From assembly GCF_009914755.1 (NCBI RefSeq), contig NC_060927.1: 64,000 nucleotides of DNA; one strand, given 5' to 3'. The notes beneath the pieces were generated by a model. The model was not told the origin of the DNA. It saw nothing but the letters and a program-made list of their open reading frames with translations, and searched no databases. The stretch is from the human T2T-CHM13v2.0 reference genome, Homo sapiens. Shown here one piece after another: positions 13,629 through 26,860 of the stretch (position 1 is its first letter; every line of letters begins with the position of its first letter). Both the position numbers and the translations under genes were made by a program.

Positions 13629-14582
13629 CTAATATATCTTAATATCCGGCAGGGCAAGTTCTCCGTCTTGGTTTTGCTTTCCCAAACTGCCTTAGTTGTC
13701 TGGAGAACTTCATTCTTCCAGAATTAATTTCAAAATCGCTTTTTCACGCTGTCCTTAAAAAAAGGTTGGATTTGTATTGGAATTGCATTTAACTTATAGA
13801 TTAATATAAGGAGATTGATATTATTAGTGTTACGTTGTCTCATCCTTAACTAGTGTGTATTTCCTTTACTCATGTGTCCTTTCATACAGAGTTAAAGTTT
13901 TTGCTAGGAAGATTTTCTGTACCATTTGTTATATGAAGCTCTGTATTCTCTATAGTTTTTGTTGATATTACAAGTGTATCTTATATTCTATCTGGTTATT
14001 GATGCTATTGGAAAATACTATTGATTTTAGTATATTGATCTTTTGTCTAGCCACCATGTTAAGACTTTTTTAAAATCAGATTTAATAGCTTATTTTCTTG
14101 GGTTTCCAAATAAATGAATGATCAAAACATCTATAAAATGACATTTCAATCTATATTCTTTGAAACCTTATCCCTTCCTCTTTCTCTCTCCCTCTCCGTC
14201 TTCTGTTGGCCAATTCCAATAGATAATGTTAAACAGAGACAGTAATTTTGAAAACCTTTATTTTGTTTCTCTCCTTCAGGGAAGTAATAAGATTTTTAAA
14301 AATATTAGCATGGTAATTTTAATTAGTGTTACACATATACATAATTTTGGTATATGGCCTTGGTCAAAAAAAGATAATTCTTATCTGGATCTATATTTAT
14401 AAAATGTTTCCTGCCCAAAAAGTTTTGAGCTTCATTGGGTGGTTCTTATCCCCTATATCTAATGAAATGATGGTATGATTTTCTTCCTTGATTTAACTAA
14501 TGTAGTCAATCATAGTCATGATTTTCTGATATTGAACTGAACTTGCATTCTGAGGGATAAACCTAAGTGGCCATATTGATTT

Positions 14583-15008
14583 TGTGTAAGTTAGCTTTTG
14601 TTGCATTATAAGCCACCTCACCTTTATTTGGCTTAAGATAGCAATCACTTGACAATTTGGGGTGGGTTCAACTGGGAACATTTTTCTCCTGGTTTCTCCT
14701 GGAATAATTCATACAGTTTCAGTTAGCTGATGAATCAGCAGGGTGAGATCTTGTCAGATGACGCCTCACTTACATCTTTCATGGTTGACTTGGGCAATGG
14801 GGGCACTTGATTCATGTATAATATCGTTAGGATCTGACAGGCTGCTGGGTTCCAACAGCAGCAAGACAGGTCAAGCTCCTTTGCTGTTATCTCACTGGGC
14901 AGCTGGAACAAGTTACATGCTGAAGCTAAGTCAGTGCTGAAGTGGGTGGCCCAGGGATGAGGTTGCAGGAGGGGGGATTATGCCATTATTTTTGAAACAT
15001 CCTATCAC
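14583..15008 (-). mobile_element. MLT1 (MaLR) LTR remnant
   Basis: tgtgtaagttagcttttgttgc...ggtgggttcaactggg...aacaagttacatgctgaagctaagtcagtg. Confidence 0.55.
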
Positions 15009-15459
15009 ATTATTTTTAATATTCTTCAAAATTCTGTGAAATAATATTATACTCAGATTTTTGGCTTCTATCTTATAAGAACAATTTGACTTAAAAATTT
15101 TATTCTTATTCAGTTTGATGTCCTTCTTCAACCTCCAATTCTCTCTTTCCAGACTGGGGGCATTTAAAATAATTGAAGGGAATAGAAATGAATATTACAT
15201 CTTAGATCACATAGACTTAGACAAATGGGTCCTATCATGCACTGAGGATGTTCAGAAGGCTCTGATCTCCCAGCTGCCTCTTGAACCCATATATGCATGA
15301 AGCATTTTCAAGGAGTATAATATACAGTGTGTCTCATTTATACCATACCAGCATTTTTCTTATGTTTTTAGCTGCTGTACAAAGAATTAAATTTGAAAGT
15401 ATCTCCAGGGTTGAAAAAAAAGTTTCTCTAAATATAAATTAAATTTTTACCTTGATGCA

Positions 15460-15620
15460 GTTTTTAACATCCTTACTTAGGTATAATTGATATACAAAGA
15501 ACTGCACATATTTAGCATGTGCAATCTGATGAATTTGGACATATGCGAACACCCATTATACCATCACCACAATCAAGGTAATAGACAAATTCAACACCTC
15601 CCAATATTCCCTTAATGCAT
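15460..15620 (-). mobile_element. L1M (MB-like) 3'-end fragment
   Basis: aggtataattgatatacaaagaactgcacatattt...ccatcaccacaatcaaggtaatagac. Confidence 0.75.
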
Positions 15621-15682
15621 TTTTTTATAATCAATAGTATGAAAAGTAAACTAAAGATGGGTACATTTCTTGAGATGTATTC

Positions 15683-15813
15683 TTTTATTATTATTTTAGA
15701 TACAGTGTCTTGCCGTGTTGCCCAGGCTGTCTTGAACTCCTGGGCTCAAGCGATGCACCCACCTCAGCCTTTCAATGTGCTAGAAATACAGGCATGAGCC
15801 ACTATGCTTGGCC
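15683..15813 (-). mobile_element. FLAM (free left Alu monomer)
   Basis: gtgttgcccaggctgtcttgaactcctgggctcaagcgat...caggcatgagccactatgcttggcc. Confidence 0.9.
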
Positions 15814-17009
15814 TGTTTTTTAGTTAAAAAATACTAAATTCTTGAAAAAATAAAAATACAAAGTAAAAAGGGGAAATTCTTCATCGTTCCTGTCTCTCAC
15901 CTTCACAGGTGAACCTACTGTAAAGTTAGGATTTCAACTGTAAAAAGTACATGAGATGAAAATGGTTTGAAAAAGTACCGTGGAGACGTGATCATTAAAG
16001 GGTTATGCTGAACAAGATAAGTAACAGTCTGATCTCTAGTTCAAAATTATTGGCAAGAAGCGGTGCTTTAACAGCAAGGTCTAAAATCAAAGAACTATAG
16101 TTAAAACTAAAGAAAAAGCTAGAGATTATTGGGTCCAAATTCACATTTTTCGTATCAGGAACCTGAAAATCATAAATCATGAAGTGATCTCTACTTATTT
16201 CTAAGTAATTACACAATGCTACTTTCCCCTAGTTTGGCCATGATAAAGAGTGGAGGTAGAAAGAAGAATGAAAAGAAATAAGGCCATTTTTGTTTTAAGG
16301 AACCACGGAGAGAGAAAAATTATTGATTTTATCATTTCTGAGAGATAAGTTCTTTTAGAAACAAATGTCTCATTGAAGTAGGGAAATATAGGACATTATT
16401 TAGAAAACCACAACAGTCCTCTTCATTCAACCTTCTTCAGGGCAAGCACACTTTTAAGTTTATTTGTATTACATAGTATTTTAGATTATAAAATTGCTTT
16501 GTCTTTAGAAGTCAGTTTCTTTTAGCCATGTGGGGTTATTCTTAATGTATTGATCTCTCTTTCCCTCTCTGCTTTCCCTCCCTTACTCCCTTACTATTAG
16601 CCAGTAGGAAAGAAGATTACATATACTGTACATACGCTAAACTATGCAATAACAAAACTAAAAAAATAGCTAATATCGTTTTGTTAAAGAAGACAAAGAA
16701 AATAAAAAGACAAAGCAAGCAAGAAAATATTCCAGCTACAGAATCTTGAGAAAGTGGAAAGAATGTCTGGGTCCTTTCTGTCTTTGAGTAGATGTGAAAA
16801 GTAGATACCAAGGTGGCAGCTCTCTTTCTAATGTAGGAATGCCGGTTGAGCCTTTATTTTGTTTCCAAGACAACAATCTGCTTACGCGGTTCTTTCACAG
16901 TTATCTTCACCTTTGAAAATTAATAATGATGAAAAGAATACTGTGTACTTAGATGATGTCTTCTTTTCTTTTCGTCTCATGGACTCAATGCACTTAAGCT
17001 TGCAGCAAT

Positions 17010-17190
17010 GATCTGTTTAATTCTCCGGCAATCCTGAGAGAGTGCCCTGAAAGGGCAGATGTGTTTTTCCCTCATTTCGCAGATGAAAAAACTGAGGTTC
17101 AGAGAGGCTACATGACTCAGTCAAGGTCATTCATTGTGGTGATGCCAACACCAGAAATAACTCCCCTATTTGCTTGCCTTTTCACAGGTG
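17010..17190 (-). mobile_element. MIR SINE
   Basis: catttcgcagatgaaaaaactgaggttcagagaggc..tgactcagtcaaggtca. Confidence 0.7.
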
Positions 17191-18859
17191 ATTATCCACT
17201 GGTCCACTCTGACTGCTAAAATTCACTGTACCTGTCCTCGCACAGAGTCCTTGAAGTGTCCTTTTATGAGGACACTAAGACTATGGCAAGAGTAATCAGA
17301 CACAAAGAATACTATATAAAAAGACCAGTCTTTTTTGTTGACTCTATCCCATAAAATTTCTCAGCCACACTGTATGAGAAACATGAGATGTCTGTTAAGA
17401 TCACGTTCCTATTAGAACTAGCAAGAACTAGATTTTGCAGAGATTAAAGATATGTCTTGTGGTCTGACTGCTGAAGTGAATGCTTTGGGAGTTAGAGATG
17501 GATTTCTGGCTAGGTAAGTCAAGAATGCCCTTTTGCAATTTTTTCTCCCCATTTCTTAGAGACTTTAAATTCATGATCGACATCATATATTATAATTCAG
17601 TACCATTCATCATCCATGTTGCACGTATGTCCAGGAAAGAAAGTTGCATAAGTCATTAAATCCTTTCATGAATTCAAAAACTTATGACCCTAGGTTTAGC
17701 TCAGCAGGTAGTTTACTAGAATTATTAAATTACCCCTGTTATGGACATACAAGAACATGACGTCTGATTTACCTGTCTCTTCATAAAATGAAAATAGAAC
17801 TGAGAGGTTAGGGCAAACTTTTGCATCCAACTCTTGTAGTCATCTAAGGAGGTGATCATTTATTACTACTAAGCCTGCCCTTTGATTGGTGGTTACTCCA
17901 AAATCAATAATAGTAAAACTGTCCAACTCTTTGAAGATGTTTTTCTCTCTGCCTTCTATCCCTCACGTGTATAATAAAGCAAACCACCCATTTGCCTTTC
18001 TAATTATCTGGTGTCAATTACTAATTGGAGTAAGTTAAATCTTCCCCTATAAACTCCTTCAGGACAGACCTGAGACCTTATTTTTCACTATCTTTCCAGC
18101 AGACAGCATATTCCTTGACTCAGATTAAGATCTCAGAAATGTTAGTTAGATGGGTGGATCAATTGTTGGTCCAATTGTTGGTGTCTTGCAGGACAGAAAT
18201 TAACTAAAAGTACTGAGATTTCCACTGTATATAAAAAAGAAATGATTTAAGTCAGGGAAATATGCCACTACTTTTCCTTCCCATGTTCATTACAGTAATT
18301 ACCCCAGTCTATCATGACATTCTTTCCCTTTGGGTCTAGACTCGATATCAGGATCCTTCTGCACAATATAAATCACGTATTCCTGTTTGATTTCAATTGG
18401 GACACAAGAAAAATCTTGTTTTCTATCCATGATATATAAATTAAGGAAAATAGTAAATTTTTATGTAAAAATTTAGATTTATAGAATAGAAAAAGTAGTT
18501 TTCAAGAACTGACCTAATACAGACTTTAGGGGGCAAATTTATGTCTAATTGAGAGCCTTTCTAGATATGATTCCTCAATGGACTGATCCTCCATATATAA
18601 AAATTCTATATTAAATCCTTATATAGGATTTTATCTATATAAGATACATGATGTCAGCTTCCTCATTGGGGAGTTGGGCTGAAGGAAAAAAATCAAGAGG
18701 TACATGGGATAATTAAAAACTGGCATCATCATCAATAAGTAGTATGTGAAAATTAATATTTAGTAGATAGGGTAAATGGACAATGAGAAATGGAGAGGTC
18801 TCACATTGAGTAGACTCATCACTAATCCATAGGTATCACCAGTGTGCCAATGTAGCAAT

Positions 18860-19400
18860 GAATTAGGGTATTCAATGCTAGATACTGTAACAAACCCTCC
18901 TTAAATCCAGGTGGTATGACTTAATAAATGTTTATTTCACATGGTGGAGGCAAATGTAGTTCAGGCAATTATTTCTTAACAGATCACCTTCAAGTAGTCA
19001 ATCAGGAACCCATGTCTCTTCCATCTTGGAATGTTGGTGTCTTAAATACACAGCCTCCTGAGTTAAAACAGAAGGGGACACAGGCAGTGTGCAAGGTTTC
19101 CTGGCCAAGTCTGGAAGTGGAGGACATATAGCCTTTTGGCCAGAATGCAAAATCATGACCTCCACCTAAATACAGTGAGCCTATAAAAGGAGTGTTCTCT
19201 TTAGTTGGGCTCAGTGTTCTCTTTAGTTTGTACACATGTAGGCCTGGCTACATGGAGGCTGAGGCAAGAGAATTGCTTGAGGCCAGAAATTCGAGAATGT
19301 TCTGGGCAACATAGCAAGAACCCACCTCTTAACAAACAAAGGATTGTTCTCTGCCCAGGAAGAGGAAACCAAAGCATCTCATTCTCTAGGACACAGTTGA
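18860..19400 (-). mobile_element. MLT1 (K/L-like MaLR) LTR, interrupted by an Alu monomer
   Basis: ctgtaacaaac...aataaatgtttatttc...tcaggaaccca..ttccatcttg...ttggccagaa..atcatgacctccacctaa...tgcccaggaagagg. Confidence 0.6.
19201..19337 (+). mobile_element. Alu monomer (FLAM-like) with 15-bp TSD
   Basis: ggaggctgaggcaagagaattgcttgaggccag...ctgggcaacatagcaaga; flanks aaaggagtgttctct (19186-19200) and aaaggattgttctct (19338-19352). Confidence 0.8.
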
Positions 19401-20639
19401 AGATGGGTAATCTGTGACAAAGAAGAGCAATGTTTGCAGATGGTGACAAGTGAAGATTGAGAAAGATTGATTTCTTAGTCATGGAGGAGCACTGTCCCAT
19501 CTAACAGAGTTCTATATTGCAATAAATTAAGTCATCCACTAGAAACCACCAATCCAGTACAAATATTTGTATCTACCAAGCACTGTAATAGCAACTGCAA
19601 CCTACCACTATTTTTTTCCTGGGCCCTGGTTGATTTCTAGTATTTGGTATCAAGACATGAGCAATTAACTTGATGTGGGCATTAGCCCCCTCATAGGAGC
19701 TTCTAATCATCCTTAACCAAAAACAACAGGAAAGAGGGCAGATTTATTTCTCTGCTTATGAGAAAGTACCTTCTATAATCTGGCACTTTTTTTTGCCACA
19801 TTCAAATAATTTTTTCTTCATGTTTCTTGGCCTACTTAATACTATTATTAAATTCTCCCTCAGCCTTTATTTGGCCAAAATATATAACCACATTTTCTTT
19901 TGCCATTCCCTTAAAAGAATCCTTCTTTTGCTTATTTACTTTTTAGAATACCTAATGAGAATTTGAAAATCATGTAATATAAAAAGATAAATAGTAGAAA
20001 TTTCTTCTGGGACTTATGTTCCTTCATCCAACCAGTTTAAGAGCCCTTACCCCTTGACAACTGTTATTAGTTTCTTATGTGTCCATCAGAGTTTTCTGTG
20101 TATATATGCAAATACACATATGCATGTTTCAGAAGTTATTATATAATAAAATTACAGAAGCAGGAAACTGGAAAAAGTCATCTCAGTAAATGTTTGTACT
20201 ACAAGACAAGTGGTAGCCACTAGGGAAAGTAACCAAATAACCCATCTTTGCTATTTATTTTTCAAATCGGATTTAAGAAGGGATTTTTCATGGCTAATGA
20301 AAACTTCTACTTTAGCTCTTGCTTATTTCCATTCATTTATGTTTTAAAACTTTTTTGTTTAGTTTCAAAAATTGTTTTTAGTTTTATTTAAGCGAAGAGT
20401 AAATCTTCCAAAGTTAAAAAATATCATTCTTAAAAGAGAGATTAATTTAGGCTTAGTGGAATTGATATGAAGCTAAGAACATATGATAATCATATGCATT
20501 AGACGTTTTCAAAATGATTTGCATCGTGTCAGCCACATTCAAGTCCATCGACTGTAAGAAAAATGATTCGGTAATTAAGTTGGCTTTGAAGATTGATTAC
20601 ACTTGGTTACTAAATAAGATCTCAGTGTTAAGCCAGATT

Positions 20640-21026
20640 CTCCCTCTCCCAACCATGTTCCAAAGAACACTAGTTTTATCAGACAGCCATCTGATTGTTT
20701 AGTGCTTTCTTCTTAAGGTTATTAAGTATTTTGAATATCACCTATGCTCCCACAGGACATTAATTGATATCAAGTAAAGGAAAGTAATAAAAAAGAATTT
20801 TATAATTAGTGAAATATGTTTGGGAAATGCTGCATTAGATAAAATTAAATATGTTTCTTCACTACAGGACTTCTAAGATGTAGAATGAGCTATAATATGC
20901 CCTGTGAATTTTCATGTGAAGTAGGTGTTGGTGTGAAGAATTTTTAAACTTCATTTGGCTATGCAAACCTTTGTTGGTGGAACGTTTTAAAGGAAACTTG
21001 TTTCTAGCAACTTTGGGAAATGCTGT
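20640..21026. mobile_element. hAT-Charlie MITE (MER112/MER113-like)
   Basis: Terminal and internal inverted repeats tcccaaccatgttccaaagaacactag ... tttgggaaatgctg (twice); ttcactacaggacttct. Confidence 0.6.
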
Positions 21027-23021
21027 CCTACTTTCAGCTGTGCCATTGAAATCTTAGCAGTTGGAGGGAGGCCCACCAACAAGCTCATCCAATTTCCAAT
21101 ATAGAAATCTTCACTATATCCGTGCTATCCTCTCATTTGGCTGTGGATGAATATTTTGATAACAGAATGTTCGATGCCATACAGATCAGCTGATTCTATG
21201 GTTGGAATGCTTTTCTGTTAGGAAGCTTTAACTTCAATGTCTTTTTTACAGTTAGAAAATTTTAACTTTTAAGAGTTCACTTATTGGACATAGATCTGAT
21301 CTCTGGATTTAAAAAATCCCACTTAAGAAATTTTTATTAATCATAGACAAATTCTACCTAGAAAAAATGCTAAAATAAGTTATAAATAGTGATCAAAGAT
21401 TGATTTAAAATAATTTTTTAGAATAAATTGTGATTTGAAATTTATGTCAAAATAGGTTGTTATTAAGTGAATAAAACCACATTTTCTGTTGTGTTTCATA
21501 AATTCAAGCTAAATAGCACTTATGCACAATTGTAATAATTTAAAAAACAATTACATGTTGTTTTGAGTGATTATTCCAACAAAATTGGATTATAGCATTA
21601 TTCCCTTCCCTCCACTGAATATTCAACATTAGCAGTTCAAATCAAACAGGATTCTTCTGGTAAAAATTCACTGAAGGAGTTCATCAGTTTTCCTAAGCCC
21701 TCTCCTAATCATTTGATACTCAAAGAAATATATCTTGTAACTCCTATTGTGTCCATTTATCTTTTAATATATGTAGCTATATGTCTTTGCCAGATCCCCA
21801 TTTAGCAATGGCTTCGTGTATTTATTCTGGAAGATTTCTGATATTATTTTCATTGGCTTTATCAGTGTAAATGGGTAGCTAGATGATATCCAATCTGCAA
21901 AATTTAGGATTTCACATTGCACTTATTTGCATTTTATTTCTTTTGTGTGGTATGATGTTCATATCTTGCATTCATCAATGAGTAATCAACTAAAACTAAA
22001 TGGGTAGGTTACCAACTTAGAAAAGTTGGAATTTTGGGGCAATTTAAAATTGTGAGGATGTGAATAATGAACACTTGGATGACAAGAAATCCGTTATGTG
22101 AAAATACTTACCAGGGAACTTTGCCAATTTGATGTACTCTATTCTTATCTTTTTCTAGTTCTTGGTTACGAAGTTCTTAACTTTCCAGTAATACTGAATT
22201 TCTGACTATTTGCAGACCTCCTCATTTCTGGGTCTAGTTATAATAAACCTTTTGGTTTCATTCTTTATTCATAAAGTGATGTTTCTAGTCCGGCCAGAGG
22301 TTGTTCTGTTCAAGTTTTAGAGTACGCACAGTTTTAGTAGCAAAAGTAGGTATGGGTTGTTTGCAACCACTCAGTTTTCCACCTAACCCTACTTCTGATC
22401 AGCTTGATGCAATAGATAGATAGACAACCAGACAGAATGATAGAGTTCATAACTTTGACCAACAATCTGTGACCTTGGCCTTCTTGGCGTGCCATGCCTT
22501 CTCAAAAACAGTCTGCCAGATAAAATATCATTTTTTCTCTTGGTATTCAGGATACTACATACTCCTGTCTTTAAAAACTCCCTCCCATTATAACTCCTCA
22601 TTTATTTCTTTCACACACTGAACATCCATTCACCTGAACTACATTTAATTACCTGTGGTACGAATTGTTTTCTCCTTTTCTGTTCCAAAGTATCCCCATT
22701 TCTCTGCCTAGAAAATTCCTTCATGTTATTCACAGGACTGAATCCTCCTTTGCCTTCAAGTACTTTAGAAAATGCTATTCTTTCCAGGATCAACATGTCA
22801 ATTAATCAATAAACCATTAGTAGGTTCATAAGTTGCTTCAATGAAGTTCTTCAACTACTAAAAATAAAGTTGTCAATCTTTAGTAGTGATGGTTATATTG
22901 CTTCCACAGTCATATATTCTAAAAATAACTTACTTCATTTTATGCTCTCTAAAATGATATTAAAATATTCTTCATTGTTTTAGCTATTTTCACAATAGCT
23001 TTCATGATAGCTATTTAGGTG

Positions 23022-23309
23022 TTTTTTTTTGAGACCGAGTCTTGCTTTGTCTCCCAGGCTGGAGTGAATGGCACTGTCTTGGCTCACTGCAACCTCTGCC
23101 TCCCGGGTTCAAGTGATTCTCCTGCCTCAGCCTCCTGAGTAGCTGGGATTACAGGAATGCACCAGCACGCCTGGCTAATTTTTGTATTTTTAGTAGAGAT
23201 GGGGTTTCACCATGTTGGTCAGGCTGGTCTCAAACTCCAGACCTCATGATCCACCTGCCTCGGCCTCCCAAAGTACTGAGATTACAGGTGTGAGCCACCG
23301 TGCCCGGCC
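23022..23309 (-). mobile_element. AluSg-like
   Basis: Full dimer; gacctcatgatcc lacks the 2 nt found in Sx; ends gtgcccggcc. Confidence 0.93.
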
Positions 23310-23641
23310 CTATTTTCACATTTTGATATGTCTATGATACCAGTCTCTTGAAGACATAAAGTATTTATTAACAATTTTTTTCAGTTTTCTAGTATTTTGC
23401 CATGTTTTTCATTTAGTGGATGTTCAATAAAGTTGACTTCAAAATTTTAGAGAGCAAAGAAAATTTCCCTCAATCCTCCCCATCTCTATTCAAGACCAGT
23501 GTGGCCCCTATCGTTCTTTGCACAACATTATTTGGTTATAACAGCTAGGCCGATATTTTTGACAGGAACTCAAGAGGACAAAAAGAAAATTCTGCATGTA
23601 TTGAGACTGAAGCTGATGTATGCATTTGCTTCAAGACTTAT

Positions 23642-23726
23642 TCCTTATTGCTCCAGGACTAAATATTCCTTACTTAGGACTTACTGCTCCAGGTCCTTAT
23701 TGCTCCAGGACTGCATGGTCCTTATT
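23642..23726. repeat. Local imperfect tandem repeat (tccttattgctccaggact)
   Basis: Exact 19-mer at 23642 and 23694; partial copies at 23680 and 23719. Confidence 0.85.
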
Positions 23727-24699
23727 CAGCATTATAAATGTATTCTTAAACATATGTAATAAAGAGTCACGCTTTTATGATTTTGTGATGAATCTTATAT
23801 AAAATAGTCATCCATATTTACAAATACTTTTCAGAGTGCAATTCTTTTGAAAGTTTTATTTTTACCCCTCTGTATACAACAATCATTTCACAATTAAAAA
23901 GAGCCAAAATAACAGTTTTTGGTGGTTGTCGTTGCTGTTGTGCTCTGCTATGTTTTTGTTTTATCCCATGTTGTACCTTGGAGATGATGGGCTTTTAAAA
24001 TCTCATGTATAAATATTGAGTTTTTACGGTCACTTGGATGGCAGATATAAATAAATGTGAATCCTTACAATATTTCTAAATTCTTGATTTTAAAATGGGA
24101 AGCACATTCTCAACGTTCATCTTTTCATACTGTCATCAAATTTCTTACTTTAACAAAAATCGCTTGGTTCTATGCATACCAATGAACCTGCATGTTACAT
24201 TTTCAAGCTCATGCTAATATGTTCTTTGCAAAATACAGAAACTTTCTTTCTATGTATTCATTGACTTTCACTATTCATCAAGGTGGTATAAATGCTTAGG
24301 TGATGCTGACCAAAAGGCATCTAAATTCATGGAAATGAATGTGAAAATGGGACAACAGAATTCAGTAACACAACTAATGGGCTTGATACTCTATTTTACC
24401 TTTCACCCAAACATAATAACAGTAAATTTTTTTTAACCAAAGACTGAGTTCTATGTGTAGTTCCAAGAAGAAATATTATGCTTAATCCATCTTTTCTTTC
24501 CTAGCCCATGAGCTTCAGCCTATGTGGATAATGGCAAAGTCAGAGTTTGATTGTTTTCTGTCTGTTCTAATCAGTGGTATAGACAACAAATAAGAACTCA
24601 GTTTGGGAAGAATTCTGGGAGTAGACTCAGAGTAAACTTTCAACAAGGCACTATCTTTGTTGATGTTGCAGCCAACCAAAATCATTGATCTGGTTACAT

Positions 24700-25025
24700 A
24701 TTTATTTGTTCTTACAAAGTCCTGTTTTTGTGCATTCAGCAAATTTCCTGAAGGCTACTGTGTGTCAGACACTAAAGATACAATAATGGGCAAAACAGAC
24801 AGAGCTCATGTAGTCATGAATCTTCTGTTTTGGAAAGCTTGATGGTACTAAAGGTACCCACAGGAAGGACCGATTCAGACATTAATGAAACAGTCACACA
24901 AATGTAAAATATAAAATAAATATGTGATGCCATAAAAGCAAGTGAAAGGAGAACCAACATTATCAGGAGTTCCAAGAAAGACTTTTCTAAGTGCTATTTG
25001 AACTGAGACCAGAGGAATGCATTAA
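24700..25025 (-). mobile_element. L2 LINE 3' fragment
   Basis: cattcagcaaatttcctgaaggctactgtgtgtcagacac...aaaacagacagag...atttgaactgagacc. Confidence 0.6.
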
Positions 25026-25059
25026 GCAAGTAGTGGCAGTATAGGGGGAGTCACTGAAA

Positions 25060-25387
25060 TGAGCAATAAAGGGATACCTTTGACTAAGTAATTTATAAAC
25101 AACAGAAATTCATTTCTTAGAGTTCTAGAGGCTGGGAAGTCCACAATCAAGGTGCCAGCAGATTCAGTGTCTGGTGAGGGCTCTCGGCATCTTGGGCACC
25201 TTCTATGTGTCCTCACATGGTGGAAGGGGGGAACAAGCTGCCTCAGTCCTCTTATAAGGACACTAATCCCATTCATGAGAACTCTGCCCTGATTATCTAA
25301 TTACCTCCTAAAGACCCTACCTATTGGACTGGTGATTCGATTTCGACATATAAATCTTGGGGAGACACAAGCATTCAGATCATAGCA
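25060..25387 (-). mobile_element. MLT1A/MLT1A0 (MaLR) solo LTR
   Basis: ttataaacaacagaaatt..tttc..agttctagaggctgggaagtccacaatcaaggtgccagcagattcagtgtctggtgagggc ... cattcagatcatagca. Confidence 0.88.
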
Positions 25388-25649
25388 GAGGTAAAACTTT
25401 ATTAATTCATTTTTTTTTCATTCAGAACCTACTATGTGTCTATACTATTCTCAATCCTGATATGTAAGAAGAAAAAAATGTTTCTAAGAAACTGAAATGG
25501 TGGCTGGGTGGGGGCAGAAAATGTTGCAGGTTGAGATGGATTCAAAACAATCACTGTTAAGTAACCCTTAGGAGTTTTCAAAATTCAGATATAGATGTTT
25601 CCTTTTTATTGGGAGGAGGAGGTGCAGATACTGCCTAGCGATTCTATTC

Positions 25650-25830
25650 AGAAGAATCCCAGCCATGCCAGTCACTAGTTGTGTGACCTCAGGCAAGTTA
25701 CTTAAAGTCTTTGTACCTCAGTTTTCTCAACTGTCCATTGATAATGTTGATAATACCTTCATTATAGATTTGGGTGAGAATTTGGTAAGAGGTTAGGACT
25801 ATACCCAGCATTTAGCGTCTATATAAATAT
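25650..25830 (+). mobile_element. MIR SINE
   Basis: gaatcccagc...tagttgtgtgacctcaggcaagttacttaa..tttgtacctcagtttt. Confidence 0.8.
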
Positions 25831-26679
25831 TATATATTGTAGTTATATGGTATTGTTGCTCAGTTTGCTAAATTAGATATAGATTGAGAAAAATAAATGT
25901 AATTAAATAATGGTGAATGTTGACTGTAGATTTACTTAAGTAAATTGTAAGTGATAAAACTTTTCATATAAGGTTAAATAAAATTTAGATGGGGAGACAA
26001 AAATGTTGGAAGAGGCAAAAATGATGATGCAAATTGATTGAAATATATGTATTATAAAATAGCACCTAGGAAAACTGGAAATCAATGAAGTTTTGTTAAT
26101 TGCTTTTTTTTTTTTTTTTTTGGAAAGAGAAGATGGATGTTTGTAATAAACTTAAATGAAAGAGTTTTAAAAATGGTTCCCTGGGAATGCAGAGGCACAA
26201 ACAAATGCTCATAATTTTGTGGCTTGGGCTAAAGCATTTCTCAAATGTCCTTGAAAGTTCCCAAAGACAATCTTTCCTCAGGAAAGTATTTCTCCTGTGA
26301 GTAAATAATGTTCTTGCCTAGAAATGAAATGTAGTAATATATTACATTGCAACTGAATTGATAGCAAGACTGGCAGATGAAGTTCAGAAAAAAATGTCAC
26401 ATTGGAAACTAGGATTTGAGGCTCATATCTATATTTTCATAACTCCTTAAGGGGCTCCCTCCATAGTAAATCAAAATAGTACAGAAAGAAGTTTTGACTA
26501 TTCTTTACCTCTTCATTAAAGGGATCAATTTGGAATTATTATTGCACCAATACCATCCTGCCTTAAATTTTGTATGGTTTAGCTGCACAATTGATAAGCT
26601 AAGGTTTCTTTTCACCATATAAAAGGTCCTTTTTAAGCAGTCATATAACAACGACATTTAAAATATTTGCTTGCTTTTA

Positions 26680-26860
26680 ATGAAAGCTTTGTACTTTCCA
26701 AAGTGCTTTCTAAATGCATCTCTGTGAGTCAGGTAAAACAAGTCCTGTCAACAGTATTTTACAGAAGAGGAAACAAAGGCTGTAAAGGAAAGCTTCTTGC
26801 TCAAGGTCATTCTGTGAGCTAGACAAGGACTTCATCACAGGAATGACTCAAAGTTCAGGA
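26680..26860 (-). mobile_element. MIR SINE carrying two AP-1 consensus sites
   Basis: attttacagaagaggaaac...cttgctcaaggtca; TGAGTCA at 26725 and TGACTCA at 26844. Confidence 0.6.

Larger units (their letters stand above)
11780..15110 (-). mobile_element. Ancient L1ME-class LINE (3'UTR plus ORF2 3' part), interrupted by MIR, AluJ and MLT1
   Basis: Degenerate L1 antisense landmarks in order: ttatccatt..gtgatgagaacgtagg; atgctaatgaggttgag; tagccaaattcatcc; ttgtattggaattgcatttaacttatagattaat; ttttctgatattgaac..cttgcattc. Confidence 0.75.
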
